Shown in pieces: positions 39,291-53,676 of a stretch of DNA of 64,000 bases (position 1 is the first letter of the stretch; each line of letters starts with the position of its first letter). The notes below the pieces were generated by a model, which saw nothing but the letters and a program-made list of their open reading frames with translations, was not told the origin of the DNA and did no database searches. The DNA lies in assembly GCF_964204865.1 (NCBI RefSeq), contig NC_135254.1, positions 13,888,001 through 13,952,000 on the forward strand, read 5' to 3'. The translations under genes were made by a program, and so were the position numbers. Source of the DNA: Styela clava. Taxonomy: Eukaryota.

Positions 39291-40853
39291 TTATCACATA
39301 TATACCAAAAGTACACAATAGACGTACACAGTTAATCAGTCAGTTTTACGTTCCAGATACATGGACTTGATAGGGAAGAAAATTGTTTACGTGAAGAGTC
39401 ATAGTCAAGTTTATTTTTTCCATCCAATAAAAAATAACATACGAAATTGACAAAAAATAAAATTAAACACACATTTATACCGGGGAAGAAAAGCCACGGG
39501 GAACCAAAATTGGTTATCGAGCAGCGACACCCAAGGTTCAATATCTAATCAAATTTGAAATTAGGTTTTTAGAAGACTGTCATTATAGGCGAGTATGGCT
39601 TTGGTTTCTATTTTGTCAATCCTTTTATTTAAAACTCTTTACGGCGAGCTGAGTTCATAGCAATTATACTAAAACGGTACCAGTTCTGTTGAAATTTATT
39701 CGATTTCTAAATAGCGTTCGAGGCCTATTTGAAACCTCAATGATCGATCGTACTTTTACTACAACGGCTGCACTGGAGTAAAAATTCGTTGAAAGCAGCA
39801 ATCAGCTTCTTTAAACAGCTGGATCGTTGATTGACAGGACGTTCTGATACTCAAGATTACAACTACGAGGTGCAATCGTTTAAAATTCTGATCGAAAATG
39901 TCGTCTCCCAGATTTTCAGCAGTACGAAATTTCCATGGAGTGACTATAGATTCCGGACCAGGCCTAGATGATATACGCCAAACACACGAGTCCTGATAAT
40001 GGCACAAGTATTAGTATGAAAATACATGACACACGCATTTGGTTCATATATTTAATTTTAATTATTGCAACAGCAAAGTACCAAATGGTTACTAAGCACA
40101 TGAAGAACTTTGTTTATTAAACAAACATATATCGATTTTAATTAAAAATGTATTGAAAATAATATAATTGAATTGGAACAGTGTATGAATTAATAAAAAC
40201 AATTACATTGGATGGGAATTATAAAATATTTAAAATTAACTCGATTGACAAATATTTTTATACAATTTTACTATCTTTTATACAAAGATAAGAGAGTAGA
40301 ATAGCACATTACCCCAAGAAGCAAAGAAAAGACGAGATAAGAAAACCATTCATTAGTATACTGATACTGCATTGCATAAATTAAAGAAGATTGGATAGAG
40401 AAATTAACAAAAAAGAAATAGCAAAAATTAGATATAAAAAGGGTGCAATGCTCAATCACAAAGGCGTACCTGTATCGTGATGCGACGCATCCCTCGATCA
40501 CCGAAATATATAAGCAGAAAATTGAGGCGAGCGTGCAGTGTTTCATAGAAATAAACTAAATTTAGGGTAAAACAATAGGTACCAAAAAACAACAAAGGAA
40601 ATTACCGAACAACCAAAAGTAACAGTCTTCTTGGATGTAGATATACTATTAATTATTATAAATTTGATAGATATTACCCCAGTAATTAAAAAAGGATTTT
40701 TTGCAGAAATAACAGGTTTTTTAAAACAGTGAATAGATCTATTTGTTTACCATTACAAAAACAATCTTATTGAAGCAAGTAAAAATTTTTGACTTTTACT
40801 GTAAAATGAACCGTAGTACGATACAAAGCTTCAATCTAACAAAATATCCATCT

Positions 40854-43800
40854 TCAAATAACACCTAGAATCCAAGCGACCAAAACTACAAACAGGGCAC
40901 TTAAAATCACACCGCTAAGGCTTCGGGATTTTTTAATAGGCTCTGTCTTCCTTGTCATCAATGGGCAGATAACTCTTTCTTGCACTGTCATGATTGTTTT
41001 TCTTGCATCAGGCCATTTTCCTGGCCCTTCCAGTCGGTATATGTAAGGTACAGCTGGACCGAAGTAGACCTGAAATATAAGGTAAAAGAATTTCGAACAT
41101 TTTTTAAGGCAAAGTTCGAAACTTTTCCGGAACTTTGATATGGTTTTCATATTTATCCCAGGTGAAAGGAAAGACGATAAGACGGCTTAATCATATCGCG
41201 TACCACAGCCTTTCGTCCGGTTACCAGACTATGTTGGGTATGTAGTTAGCCAGTAATTTGGTTCAGATGCATATCCGCCGAACCCACGCAGGTTAGTCAG
41301 TGGCACAATGCCAGGCGTATTCCTAATGCTTGGAACGTTGCGCCACCCGTCACACTGCAAGTCTCATGCTGACACCTCTGTCATAAACATAGCTCTCAGT
41401 TCATCAGTAGTCATTGGCAACTCGTCTTTCAGTTCCTCACTTCAAGCATGTTTGTATAAAACAAACATTGAACCTGAAGAACTTATATTTACACCCTGAA
41501 TTATTGTTTATCTAATTCAATTACAAGGTTAACAATAAAAATCCTCAAACCTTCATTGCCAATTTAGGATCTGTAAGAAAATACTTGTAGTATTTTGGTT
41601 TGCATGATATTTTCTCAGCAAGTTCATCCATGTATTCTTGATAATTGACCTAGAAACATAAAAAAAATTTATTATCTGAAACCATTTTTAATTCATAATT
41701 AGGATAGAATATTTGATTATTAGAAGAGGAGAATCGATGAGATGGCATCTCGTTCAGTTACCAGCCCATGTCGAGTATGGAATAAGTAAGTCGATTGTTG
41801 TTTGTTTCAGATGTTCACCCGGTGTTCGAGGAAGCTGTGACCTTCCAGCGTCTACATGAACCACCCTACACCAATGACAAGTGCAAAGACAAATTCTATG
41901 AAGTACATTTGAACTTGCAGATCTGAAAGTGTTCTTGGAAAAATAGAAAAAAATTTTTTTTTTCTTAGTTTGAAGAAATCAATCTCTAAAGTTATAAATA
42001 ACCTCAAACTTTGACTATTAGTACCTGGACAGTATGTCTTCTACTTTTCACATATCTTTTTGCCATTTCCTCTCGTTTTTCATTAATATCCCGTTTCATT
42101 TCTTCTTTACTTGGCAACATGACTTCACCTGAAGTGTATTATATAAGTAATCGCAGATAGCCCGGTTTTTAATAATAGCAACCAGACTATGTCTGAATCA
42201 CTGAAGCCCACCCATGAGCAATAAGGGCCATTAGCTGCAACAGTTGAGCAGTTGCAAATAGACAGGATGATCAACGGTGCAATGGCAAACATGTCCACGT
42301 TTCCAATTTAAGTTTCTATTTCCAAAATAACATTAAATTGCTGCCCATGCATCATGCAATTGTAAAGATCTCAGAATTCGCCTTCACCACCTCTTCCGAA
42401 TTGAACACAATTTCTTTTTAGAAATATTATATTGTAATAATTTATAAAATACCTTTTATAACTTTGGTTGCCCATCGACATTGCAGTTCAGAAATAGGAT
42501 TCACAGCACCAAGGGGTTGGATACCACCAATAACAGCTAACGTATTCTTCTCCAATGTTACAGGAAAAATGTACTCATATAAATCACATTGATTTTCTTC
42601 AACCTGAAAATTAGTTCAGTAATTCAGTAATGAGGAGATGAAATAGATTTGGGAAAGTTTTAGCAGATTGATTTGTCATGTTGGTAAAATGCTCAATATC
42701 TCATGGAACAATGCACAAGAGACTTTACGTTAAATCCAAAAGAGGATCGGATTTTCATATTTATCCCGGTGAGATAAGGCGGCCTAATTATATGGCGGAC
42801 CACGTCCTCTCGTCCAGTCCATCTCTGATATATAAGAATAGTTAGCCGGTTATTTGTTCCAGATGCATGGATTTGATGGCAGAGGAATCCATATTCATCC
42901 CCCACATTGTTTAGTAACACATAAATAGCACCACTAACATAAGTTATGAATCAATTTAAATTAAGAACTATCTACTTTATTATGCTTATCATTTTATATA
43001 TTACGATGGCTTCCTATCATCAACAGTGTATCAAGAAGGACCGGCAGTGGGTGTGACATGCTAAGTGCATTGTGTACGCCAACGTATGGCTGAATAACCC
43101 GAGCAGGTTAGCTGATATTTTGTGAAAGAGGACTGCTGGTCTTCTCCTTGGTGCAGGTTGGATCAAGTAACTACTGATCAGTTAGTTATGTTATTTTCCA
43201 TCATCGAGACAGGAATTTAGCAAGTCACGTATGACCCTTTTTTGTACAGTGACGCCATTGGAAATTGAAATTTCAAATCAATTATTAACTGAAGAGACAT
43301 AAACCACAACACGCATTCTAGTTTTACAACCAACATCAGTGAAAGGCATAAGAGCAAAAAACTGTTGACCTAGAAAGCTACGTGATAATCTACACAGATC
43401 AAAATTTATCCATTTGAGATTCTAGCAAGGGTGTACATGAATATAAGTGTTATATGAATTTATTCTAATTTTTGAATGATATATAAAATAAAATAAATTT
43501 TGATTAGAAATTTGAAAGAAATTTGATAACATAACTGTTTAGACCAAATAAAGAAAAACAAAATGAGAATTTCAGAAAAATCGTCAAATCAACAGAGAAA
43601 AAAGATCATCCCTATTTACATCAGGAAATGCCATGAGAGACCGACCCACTTAGAATGTGGGTAACAATTTAGTTTCAAAAAAAGGAAACCCAAATGAAAA
43701 AAAACATATAAAGTAAATATGTGTAGCTTGAATGAAACTTGACCTTTGTGAATAAGTGCATAAATGAATTTTATTTTTACATTTCCCGTGGCCTAACCAA

Positions 43801-46800
43801 TTTATTCTAATTCTAAGTGTGTTCTATCACTTTGTTAGGCCACAATGGAGATATATATATATCATCTACCTTTAATACTGAATCGTCCAGAAAAGGGTAT
43901 GCCATTGAATAGCCTGTGGCAAAAATAACAGCATCAATTTTTTCTTCAGTTCCATCATCAAACACTGCACTGTCTTCTGTGAATCTGGCAACATTCGATC
44001 GTACTTGTACACTTCCTGTGATAATTCGATTTGCAATATCATCATTAACACTGGGATGCTAAAACAAAAGAAACAGAAGAAAAAAAATTGAACTTTCACA
44101 ATAATATTATTGTGAAAATTGGGACAAAGAATCTGCTAATTGCAGTTCAGTAATTCAGAATAGTTCTCTACGAGTCCTTTTAAATAATCTAACATTGTAT
44201 GCATTAATTTGAAACCACATCAATATGAAAATGACTGAGAATCGCAAGATTTGACACCACCATATTTTGAGCAATAGAAGGATATTTAAGCTAGAAAACG
44301 GAAATTTCAATTCAATGGGCATTGACTGATGTGACTTAAAAATATTTCCTTGATGAAAAACAGGCCTACAAGATAAATTACGAGTTGATAATACAGAATA
44401 TCATTTCCTCAATAAGTCATTTTTCTCAGCATGATATTTATTAATCTAACTAACCTGAGCAAAAACTTCATGCTTTGGCATTAGACCATATTTTTCATGA
44501 TCGAGTCTGCTATCTACAGTTTTTCTTGCTAATGAATCCAAAACACTCTGCGGCAATATTTTCCGAATATCTCCGTTTACTCTGTTTTACATCATAAAAT
44601 ACATTGAATGGTTATATGGTACTCCTGAAGTATGCGCACCAAGATGTCGCATAACCTGAACCCTAACCTGGTACACAACCTGAGTTGGTGCGCACACTTC
44701 AGGAGGTCCTGTTATATAATATCTGCTGAAGTTCGAATTTGATCACTACTTTTCAAAAACTGTGAGAGTTCAACCAATGACATCCTGTAGTATGATTATC
44801 AAGCATACTGCCTGGATACTAGAAGATTCCTCAGGAAAGTGCACTATGAAAGTTTGATATCCCATTTCTGCTATGGTTTTGGAAACACTATAGAAACACA
44901 TGGGTACTAACAATCAAAATTATTCTATGGGAAAGTTTAGAGCAACATTGGCCTATTAAATCTGAACAAGTCTCACAACACAATTTCAGAAAATCCGACA
45001 AAAACAGTTTTTTTTCTCTATATGCAGCTCATTTGAAGTTTAAAATGCCTATTTACTGTATCAAAAATTGTCAATAATGAACTAAAATCATAGAAAAAAT
45101 TTTGTTAGACATTTTGAAGTATTCCTAAAAATAAACCTTGCATGGGAGAAAGGTTGGAGTTCAAGTGACGTTTGTTATTTGTGTCACGTGTTCAAATTAT
45201 GGCAATTAATATCTTGAATAAATCAAAATCCTACTTTTTGGTCATGATAATATCCAATGGCATTCCGTTTTCAAATATACGTTTTATTATCCAAGCTCCT
45301 CTTCTTGTGCTCAAAAATACCTAGATGTAAATTGGTCTTGGTTAGGAGATAGTGCTAAAATAATTTTGAGTGACTTTTTTTATTTACGGTAGTTAAAATA
45401 CTGTTTTTGATCGCATCATATTATTGTACATGAAAATTACTGGCTTCACTCCTACAATAGTAGAATTTATCACAAACCTGCTTGGAATGTCTGCTCAGTT
45501 CTACAGCAATATCTCCACCAGAATTTCCAATTCCAATGATAACAACTCTCAAATCTTCATATCCTTTATGATCACGATAATCATGGCTATGCATATATTT
45601 GCCTTTGAACTTTTCAATGCCTGAACAAAATTATCTCGATTTAAAGACCAAATTATAATTAGTTTAATATAAAATCCAACTTTATGCACCTCAAAGTAAT
45701 AACTGGTAAACTATAACTATTCTGGTAACCAGACAAGAAATTACACAATATAAATAATAAACTAATTCATGTCAGCAAGAACAATTATATCTTTCAAACT
45801 CAGAGTCTGCTTAAGACAAAACGATATGCAATTTTGTCAACTCAAAGCCAGAAAACAATTTATCTAGATTAAAAGTCAAATTTGTGAACTTTGAACTTCA
45901 ATTAAATGAATAAATTGGAGTCTGGTGTCAAAAGACAATCTCTGTTTGATCACTTTCGAAGCCGCCATGTAAGATATAAAAATAATTATAAAGGCAGTAT
46001 AGTTCAGCTGTATTGGAAATCAGGTATGTATTACTGATTTTTCAACAAATTGGGTACGAACCTGGGAAATCGTGCAGTGGATAATGTGGAATTGCATGAT
46101 GTCCAACACAGACCATAATACCATCATAATATTCACTTTTTTCTTCACCGGTTTTAGCATTTTTGGTGTGTACTTTCCTGCAGTAAAATGAGAGTCGAAA
46201 GAACATGGTGATGAAATTATACTAAAATCATTTTACTTCTAAGCTAAGTTGAGGTTATGTAACATTAATTCCAAAGTCACTCATAAAAAGATTTCATTTA
46301 CTCTTAGTCTCGGAAAATTTTGTTGGTATAAGCATGTCTTTTTTAAAGCATTGCATAAAAAATTTTCATTGAAAAAATCACACATTACCATTGACCATTC
46401 TTCGCAAATCCATCTGCTTTAGTACATGATAACACTTTCGTGTGGAATTGTATGTGTTGACGCAATTGGAACCTACAAGAGGGAGAAAGGAATGCAGAAT
46501 ACTGAATCGACTCAAAGATGATTTTGAGAAAGTCTTGTACGATTTGCACTCTTTTGTAGCAATCCTTATTAGGGTCAAAGATAATGTTACAAAGATAATA
46601 ACTCATGAAATCCTAGTTTAATGTAAGATTAAATTGAAACTTTGATTTATCAATATAATTAGGGTAGTAAAATCTTGATTTACCGTATGTGCAAAATGTT
46701 TTCGCACAGTGAGTGAAAAAATGCTTGAAAAGCATTGAATTAAGTTATATGGTCGAATGTTATCGCCAAAGCTCATGTTATCATTTAATGTATTGACTAA

Positions 46801-47336
46801 ATTACTGGCTGTAGACTACTATAGTGAGACTTGACTCCAATATAAGACAGTGAAATTTAGCATCCTAAAATTGCATGTTGATGTTAGATTGAAAATATAA
46901 TGGTCAGTCATATTTCCATGAACAGGCTACATTATCATTAAACTAAATAAAATATTTGTACAACTTACTTTTCCTCATACATTCTAAAATATTCTTGCAC
47001 TTTAGTATTATGCATGTAGTTTGGAAAGTTTTTTGGTATAGGAAAATCTGAGAAACACATCATTTCCTTGCTTGTATTAATTACAGTTGATTTGTATACC
47101 ATGCCTGCTTCATATTTATCAGGAACATAATTCCACATTCCTGAAAATGAATATCAAAAAGTATGTCTCTGAAACATAGCATATATTATGTACTCTGGAT
47201 GATACAAAAACATACCTCCAATTTCATCCTGCATTTCAAAACAGACTGGATTTATTCCTTCATCCAAACAAGTCTTTATCGCAACAAGGCCACTTGCTCC
47301 TGAGCCGATAATGGCAACTTTTATCTTCCTATACAT
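40854..47336 (-). CDS. FMO: Flavin-containing (dimethylaniline) monooxygenase, FMO5-like, 535 aa, 12 coding exons
   Basis: Exons 47336-47216, 47140-46969, 46472-46389, 46177-46062, 45620-45478, 45320-45235, 44581-44455, 44058-43870, 42603-42453, 42128-42025, 41649-41551, 41069-40854 total 1608 nt. FAD motif [22 protein letters not shown] fingerprint [16 protein letters not shown] motif GIGNSG, FATGY, and a C-terminal hydrophobic anchor. Confidence 0.96.
41142..41275 (-). mobile_element. SINE 3' fragment in an FMO intron
   Basis: TTTTCATATTTATCCCAGG...CCACAGCCTTTCGTCCGGTTACCAG matches the reverse complement of 38900-39040. Confidence 0.6.
41720..41875 (-). mobile_element. Diverged SINE fragment in an FMO intron
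   Basis: GAGGAAGCTGTGACCTTCCAGCGTCTACATGAACCACCCTAC matches the reverse complement of 38847-38889. Confidence 0.55.
42748..42892 (-). mobile_element. SINE 3' fragment in an FMO intron
   Basis: GGATTTTCATATTTATCCCGG...ACCACGTCCTCTCGTCC...CAGATGCATGGATTT matches the reverse complement of the 38708 element. Confidence 0.6.
43030..43200 (+). mobile_element. Diverged SINE 5' part in an FMO intron
   Basis: TGCTAAGTGC...GAGGACTGCTGGTC...GGTTGGATCAAGTAACTACTGATCAGTTA parallels 38730-38878. Confidence 0.45.
44618..44709. mobile_element. 92-bp MITE, same family as 17623-17732, in FMO intron 6
   Basis: Near-identical to the 17623 element with an internal deletion. TSD GGTTATAT/TGTTATAT (7/8). Confidence 0.85.
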
Positions 47337-48069
47337 TGTTCAGTTTCTGCAGCTCTGTGATCTGGTGATGGTCAAATAACACTATGTACTTGACCAGTAA
47401 TTTACTGCTTGCTTTTAGTAAATCTTCTGACCTTGGTATGCTGTAGCTATAAAATCCAAATGTTACAAAATCTTAAGACTGAGCGGTGAGGTAAACCTTC
47501 GTAATTCTGAATTAAAAAGATTTTAGTAGTACTACTGTACTATAATACAGTAAATATCTGAATATGGCTAACTCAAGTATGTCAGTTTGTGTGTAGAAAC
47601 ACTTACAGTCTTTCGTTACTAGCACTGTGCTGTGCCTAGCTCATCAGTACTGCAGTACCGGTATCTTGTATTTTTCAACAGATATGAAGAATTGTGAGCA
47701 TCTGAATTTTGGCTCTGCTTTTTCTATTTTTGCACAGTTGTCTGGTTGTGGTGAGGCGCCTATCAATCAACTAAACGAGCGCCAGAAGAGGTTCAGTTAA
47801 CAAGCCGTATCTTATATTCTATAACTGTGTGACAAGGTAAGACTGTGCATGCAGACATATTTGCATACGCTAGCAGTTAGCACTACACCATGTACCGTAT
47901 TACATAATACTTTTGCGTCGCATATTTAAACCCCATTCGACTGTTTGATGATTTGGCAATTTTCTCGACTTCCCATCACGTAAGTTTGTCTTGTGCTCAT
48001 TTATTTGCACTCTGGTCAAGTTCAAAATAAATTATCTTTTTATTTATTCTGTACGCCAGCTAGTCTAGA

Positions 48070-49770
48070 TTGTTGCACGCCATTGCAGCGATAAGGCATT
48101 GCCGCAACACTTCACATTGGTCCGCAACACAACGGCTGCACGTTGCTAACAAGATGACAGACGTATTGCGTGTATGGGGGGCATTCCAATGGCAAATCTG
48201 TACTTCAAAAGGAATGTGGGAGCTAGCCCGAAACGCTGGCGTTTTTATGCAATACAGTATACACAATGGACCTTTCCCCGACATCAAAACATCCGTATTC
48301 TTAACCAATCACAAGCGAGCAGATGTAAACAATCATTCTCCGCTGAAAAGTCGCTCAGACAACTTTGGACGCGTTCCGCACAAGTTGCTGGCGGTTTAGG
48401 CAGATCTTTGTCGCTTTTTGTTTTCTTCACAGGGCTGCGAGAATTAGAAAGCTGTAATACTGTATGTTACTTGTTGCAAATCACGTTTACGAAATCTATA
48501 TATCTATACTAAAAGGCTGTACCCGTTGCATGCACCTTACAGGTACGGTACGGTACCGTACAAGTCAACCAACTGCTATTTCGAACCAAAAAATAGTAGA
48601 CAGTCATGCTGATGCAATCAAGAGTACCGGTAGCCTACCGCTGTCAGTACGGAAGAATTCGCCTTCGATACGATGTTGCATTTTTATCAAACAGAATCTA
48701 TTAGTGAATTATTTTGGTAGACTAACTACAGAGCTATGTGTAAACGCTGCGCATATGGTATTTGCCAGTCTGACAACCTGTACGGTACCCCTGCCGTTCG
48801 AATGGAGTAAGATTTGTGCCTTTTCTGAAGCCACATATTGACCGCCAAAAAGCAATAAGGTGGATAAAGGAATGCAACAGGCCTCACAGTCAATTCAACC
48901 TATAAAAAATTACCTATAATAGACTATATATTCAATATGTTAATTCTTATATGAAATGAATTTTCATACAAGCAATGCGTTCCATCATGCATTTTCATTT
49001 AGTCGATGAACCAACTGATGAATACCCTGACCCTATATCAGATTCTTGTCGCCCAACAAAAAAGCGCCATCAAATTGTGAGGTAAGGATTACTTATACCA
49101 TAATTTATCTTTGGATCATAATTTAACAGGATCTATCACCATATACTTCATTTGATACAGAGTCATGCGAATCTGATGAAAGTGAGAAAGGATAGTCAGG
49201 ATGGGTCCAACCAGATCTGCCCCCAGACTCTTTAGTTGAAACTACCTCAAGTGCCGCTGATGAAAATGAAAGCGCTTTGTCAGACAGCAGAAAAATGTAA
49301 GCAAGCATCATCATCATTTTATTCTGGTTCTCTGGCATAAAACAACACAAAAAGCCAACATACAAACAAAATGCAGAGAAAACTGGAAGTCGAGCAAAAC
49401 CTAAAATAGATTTCAAAAAGTACGCGGCTACCCACCAGAAAAAGAAATATTAATAATAAAAGGGCACGAAAGTATTAACAAGATTCAGAATCGGGCAACA
49501 CTTTTAACATAATTCAAAATGAGAAAACACATACTTCTTCCAGCATTGGTGTCATATTTGCTAACTGTAAAAATGATGAATAAAGAAGGAAAATCAATAT
49601 CGAAGACTTGGGACTTAATGCAGAATCTTTTACAATTCATTGGTGATAAAATGATGTTACTTTATGGAGTATGCTTCGCATGCATGCCATGTCCGTTGTG
49701 ACCCTGGTGATCGCAATATCATTTTTTGTGCGGACTGCAAAGTCACACCAAGCTGCTCCTGATACCAGAA
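48070..49770 (+). mobile_element. Possible decayed DNA-transposon relic (pogo-like, with a PHD-like Cys cluster)
   Basis: Fragmentary frames LHAIAAIRH / GIPMANLY (HTH_psq-like), splice-like sites at 49082 and 49297, and HWCHIC...CHVRC...IFCADC broken by stops. No TIR/TSD found. Confidence 0.2.
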
Positions 49771-51359
49771 GTTGGCCCTGCACTTGGTAGTAACTGTGGT
49801 GTGTGATATATACTTATTTGGCATTTGTTACTGTCATATAAATTGCAACTTGTTCATAATCATCTTATAACTTTAGAACCGAACCATGGTGGGTGTTTGC
49901 CCATCTGACCATATAACAATGAGGTAATGTTAGTGCTCAGTGAGCGCAATTCTTCCGTATTATCAGGAGATGAAACCAGGCAGCTTCAATAAAATAACTC
50001 AGCAGTAAAATCATTGTGATACGTTATGTCTAGGAATGGAATTGTGAAATGAATTAATTCTATTATTTTGACGTTCCATTGCTTTCACGGTTTTTGTTTG
50101 TTGTGCCTAAAAGCATATATCTGGTGTGTATTTTTATCCTATACAACACAATATCTGGAAAACTGTATAATTTGTAGGTTTTTCCTTGGATTTACTTGCT
50201 TGTTCCTTCATCCTATATTTTTTATAATCTGTTGTACTCTATTTCTACACTGAATGAATAAGCTATATTGTAAAACCTATCTTTCAATAGTATATTTGCA
50301 CCCATCTAACTGAGCTAATAAATCTGTGTTTCTATGATAGGACATAAACTTAAGTGCCTTCACCGTGCCTTGGCCTAGCATGTACGAATTGCATCAGAAA
50401 CTTGGTGACTATCCAGCGACACCACTATTTGAAAGATTAACGATTGAACCATCATGAATGTATCTGAAAAAAATATTCATCTGTTCATAATTACAGATTG
50501 CTGCAGTTAGTGCAATGTTTCCAAAAAATGCATTTAAAACACTTTTTAAACTGCCCCTGCATTTCATTTGTTTCTATACTAAACCCACCAATTCGGTCCT
50601 AACTTGGACGCTATCTGTTAGTCTATGAACCATGGGATACGGTACCGGTAGTCACGCAGGTCTCCCAGTCCTCAGACATTCTTCAACCATATAAGTTTAA
50701 ATATCATCTTTCAATGGAAAGTTTTGTATCCTTCTCCAGCTGGTGGAAAGAAAAGTTCTTGAAGAACCAAGTCATAGAAAAGTCATCTCTGAGTAATTCC
50801 ATTTTTGTATGTTAAATAGGCTTTTGGAACTAAGTCAGGTACGGTAACGCCAATGTGAAGGCGGAATAACGTTAATAATAGATTACTTGACAATATGTTA
50901 TAACTTCAGAAGCACGAAAATACCGCCATCACCAGTGAAATGCCATTCGAAGGCCTTTAAAGCGAGCAACGTACCACTCTATCGCATTACGCAAACCTGA
51001 ATATTTGCAATGTTTGTCTGAGCGACCAAAATCAAAACAATAAAGGTCAAAGGTCGGGGAAAGGTCCATCAGTAAAGATTCTTCGTGAGTAACAAGGTGA
51101 ACTCAATATTATTTAAACATGAAGGAACAGATATACCATTGAAAATGCAGTTATTTTAATCAGAGCCATTTTTGATTATCAAAAATCTTGAAATAGGTAT
51201 CCGCAGTCAACAAATCATTGATTTTAAATTTTTCGAAACCGAACTTTCTGAAATGATTAATCAATTTTAGACAGTAGACGATTACAATTAATTTAGACCG
51301 TTAACCCTATTCCCTTCCCTTGTACATTCAAGTTTGATTTCAATACTGTCACGCTGGGC

Positions 51360-52016
51360 TAATCTGAGTAGTTACTACAAAATCCTTGGTATTCTTAGAA
51401 TAAAAGATCTATATTTTTATGAAATGAGAAGGCTCATGTATCAAGCGGTAAATGGCACTGGCCCTCGCGTAATTCAACAATATTTTGTCCCAACAAAAGA
51501 TGCACATACATATGGTACTCGTTCATCTCGAAATGGAGGATTATTTGTACCACGATTTTCATCCTCGCGTGCCCAAAATTCCATAAAGTTGCAGAGTGTG
51601 AGAATTTTGAATGATATTAACGCAAACCTAAAAAAAATTGTCGAGTCTTTTCTGAATAAGTACTGATTCATAACTTTTCAACTTGTACGTTTTTATTTTG
51701 TGTGATATAAAATAATAGCTTTTTTTTGTCGCTACTGTTTTAAATTTTGTCTCATATGTGTCACATTACTCTTGTTGCATGATTATTAGTTACAACAAGT
51801 TGTTTTATAATTCGTATAATATAAAATGTAATCTGTAAAATCTGTCAACCTTATTTATGCCAGGAGAGTTGTTTTGATTTAGTGACTGTATGATCCTTCC
51901 AACCTCCTACCAGTTCCGTTGTTAGTGGATTATTTTTTTTTACTTCTTGAGTGTTACTATTTTTTTTTTGATTTGTTGGCTAATGACTTGATGATGAATA
52001 AACTTCTATCTATCTT
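51360..52016 (+). mobile_element. 5'-truncated LINE (CR1/L2/Crack group): ORF2 C-terminus plus 3' UTR
   Basis: YKILGILRIKDLY...LMYQAVNG.GP...F...HTYGTR...VPR...SIK...NDI is typical of the post-RT region of these LINEs. It ends in AATAAA followed by a CTATCTATCT microsatellite tail. Confidence 0.75.
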
Positions 52017-53676
52017 CAGAAATACGTGTCCAATTTACAATATTACCCGACCTGGACTTTTAACAAGACGCATCATTTTGAATTGGTTCGCGAAACTGTT
52101 GTTGGACATGAAGCTTGTGTACAGTCGTTTCGCTGAATTGTTGTTGAAGCTGATATGCTACTATACTGCCGGCGTAGTGGTGACGCGCACTCGTTCCCCA
52201 AACTTATGATAATCACAGAATAATTCACAATTCTTGCGTAATTCTTTTTGTTGCACTATGAAATGTCAATTTTGTGAAAAGAAAGAGGCCGTAGCCTGTT
52301 TTTGGTTAAAAAATAGGTTAATTGGGTCACGAATTTTTTGGCTTACAGTTGAGAGATATTATTTCACATCAGCTGAGATATCCGTTTTGAACGCTTGCAT
52401 CCTTTTTATTACCCAAAATCGTTCCAAACGATTTTATATGTAACAGGAAAAGAGTATTTTGTATAGGGATGTCAGATTGATAACAAAATGATTTGCAAGT
52501 ACTGAACTAGAGTTATCTTGAGAATTAAACTCACCTTCCATAAATTAAAATTTGTATGTGATATATTGCAAAATTCAATATAGATTGCTTCTTTATTATC
52601 CACATTCTAATTTCTCGAATGTCCACAACGTACTAGCTAGACTGATAGATGTTGTTTTAGTTATCTTTTCATAATTCATGGGATTGCACATCAATCAATC
52701 ATCATTTATTTGTCAACACAACATAAAGACATCATGGAAAATGTCATAAAAAAGACTAACTCACTGCAATATGGTAACAGGAGTCGCGAGAGACCTCGAA
52801 AGGCCTTCAAGCAGACACACTTACAACACTGATTCAGATTAACAAGTAAAATTTAGTAAATGCAGACTTTTTTTAAGGCTACTATTATTTATTTTTTTTC
52901 AATAGTTTCTATTCATAATAGTTATTCACAATAGTTTCTATTCATTTTTTATTCTTGCCAAAGGTAATTCGTTGGCATCATCCTGGTTGACATACAATAT
53001 TGAGTTGCATAAACATACAACCACCCAATTCTTCCCTACAGTGACAAATACTGAAGGATATTAATGACAGATTAGTGTTAACTAATGTTAAGCAATTTCA
53101 TCTGAATGTTTCAAATATGCCTGAAGTTGACCTAAAGTTATTCCATAAAAGACAATGCTGTGTTAAGCATTAATGCAGTAGCATTTTAAAATGCTTCACA
53201 CTTAATTAACAGAGTGTGAAAACTAGGAGATGTAATGAACACTGGTGTGATTTCCACAATCTACATTTTGTTTTGAATTTATTACAAAATGCCCAAAAGT
53301 TGAGTTTCTCATGAAACAAGGAAATACAATTCAATACACAGACAACAAACTACAATTATCGCCCACAAACAACTAAATTTAATTCACTTGAATAAAATAA
53401 ATTCCAAATAATTTGAAAAATACCATACTCAATTAAAAAATTTAACACTAACATGCCCGTTAAAATGCATTAGTGATTTGAATAAATAAATCTGAACAAT
53501 GGAGTCAATGGTTGTATTTTCAATTGACCTCAGTCATCATATGTCTACAAGAATATGAATGTAGTGCACAGTACATCAATATGTTGTAACAAATATTCCA
53601 ACATGCTTGCAATTGCTACATTAATGGAGCAAATAGTAAATACTAAGATAAATAAAACCACTTTAAAAAAATAACC

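Noticed and set aside
39505-39540. ~25-bp match GGT(T/A)ATCGAGCAGCGACACCCA shared with 57128-57150
   Set aside because: Probably a fragment of an interspersed repeat, but too short to define boundaries or family.
48540-48562. GTACGGTACGGTACCGTAC-type words (also ~20700, 21135, 28700, 50640)
   Set aside because: Short dispersed simple palindromic repeats with no consistent context. No function can be supported.
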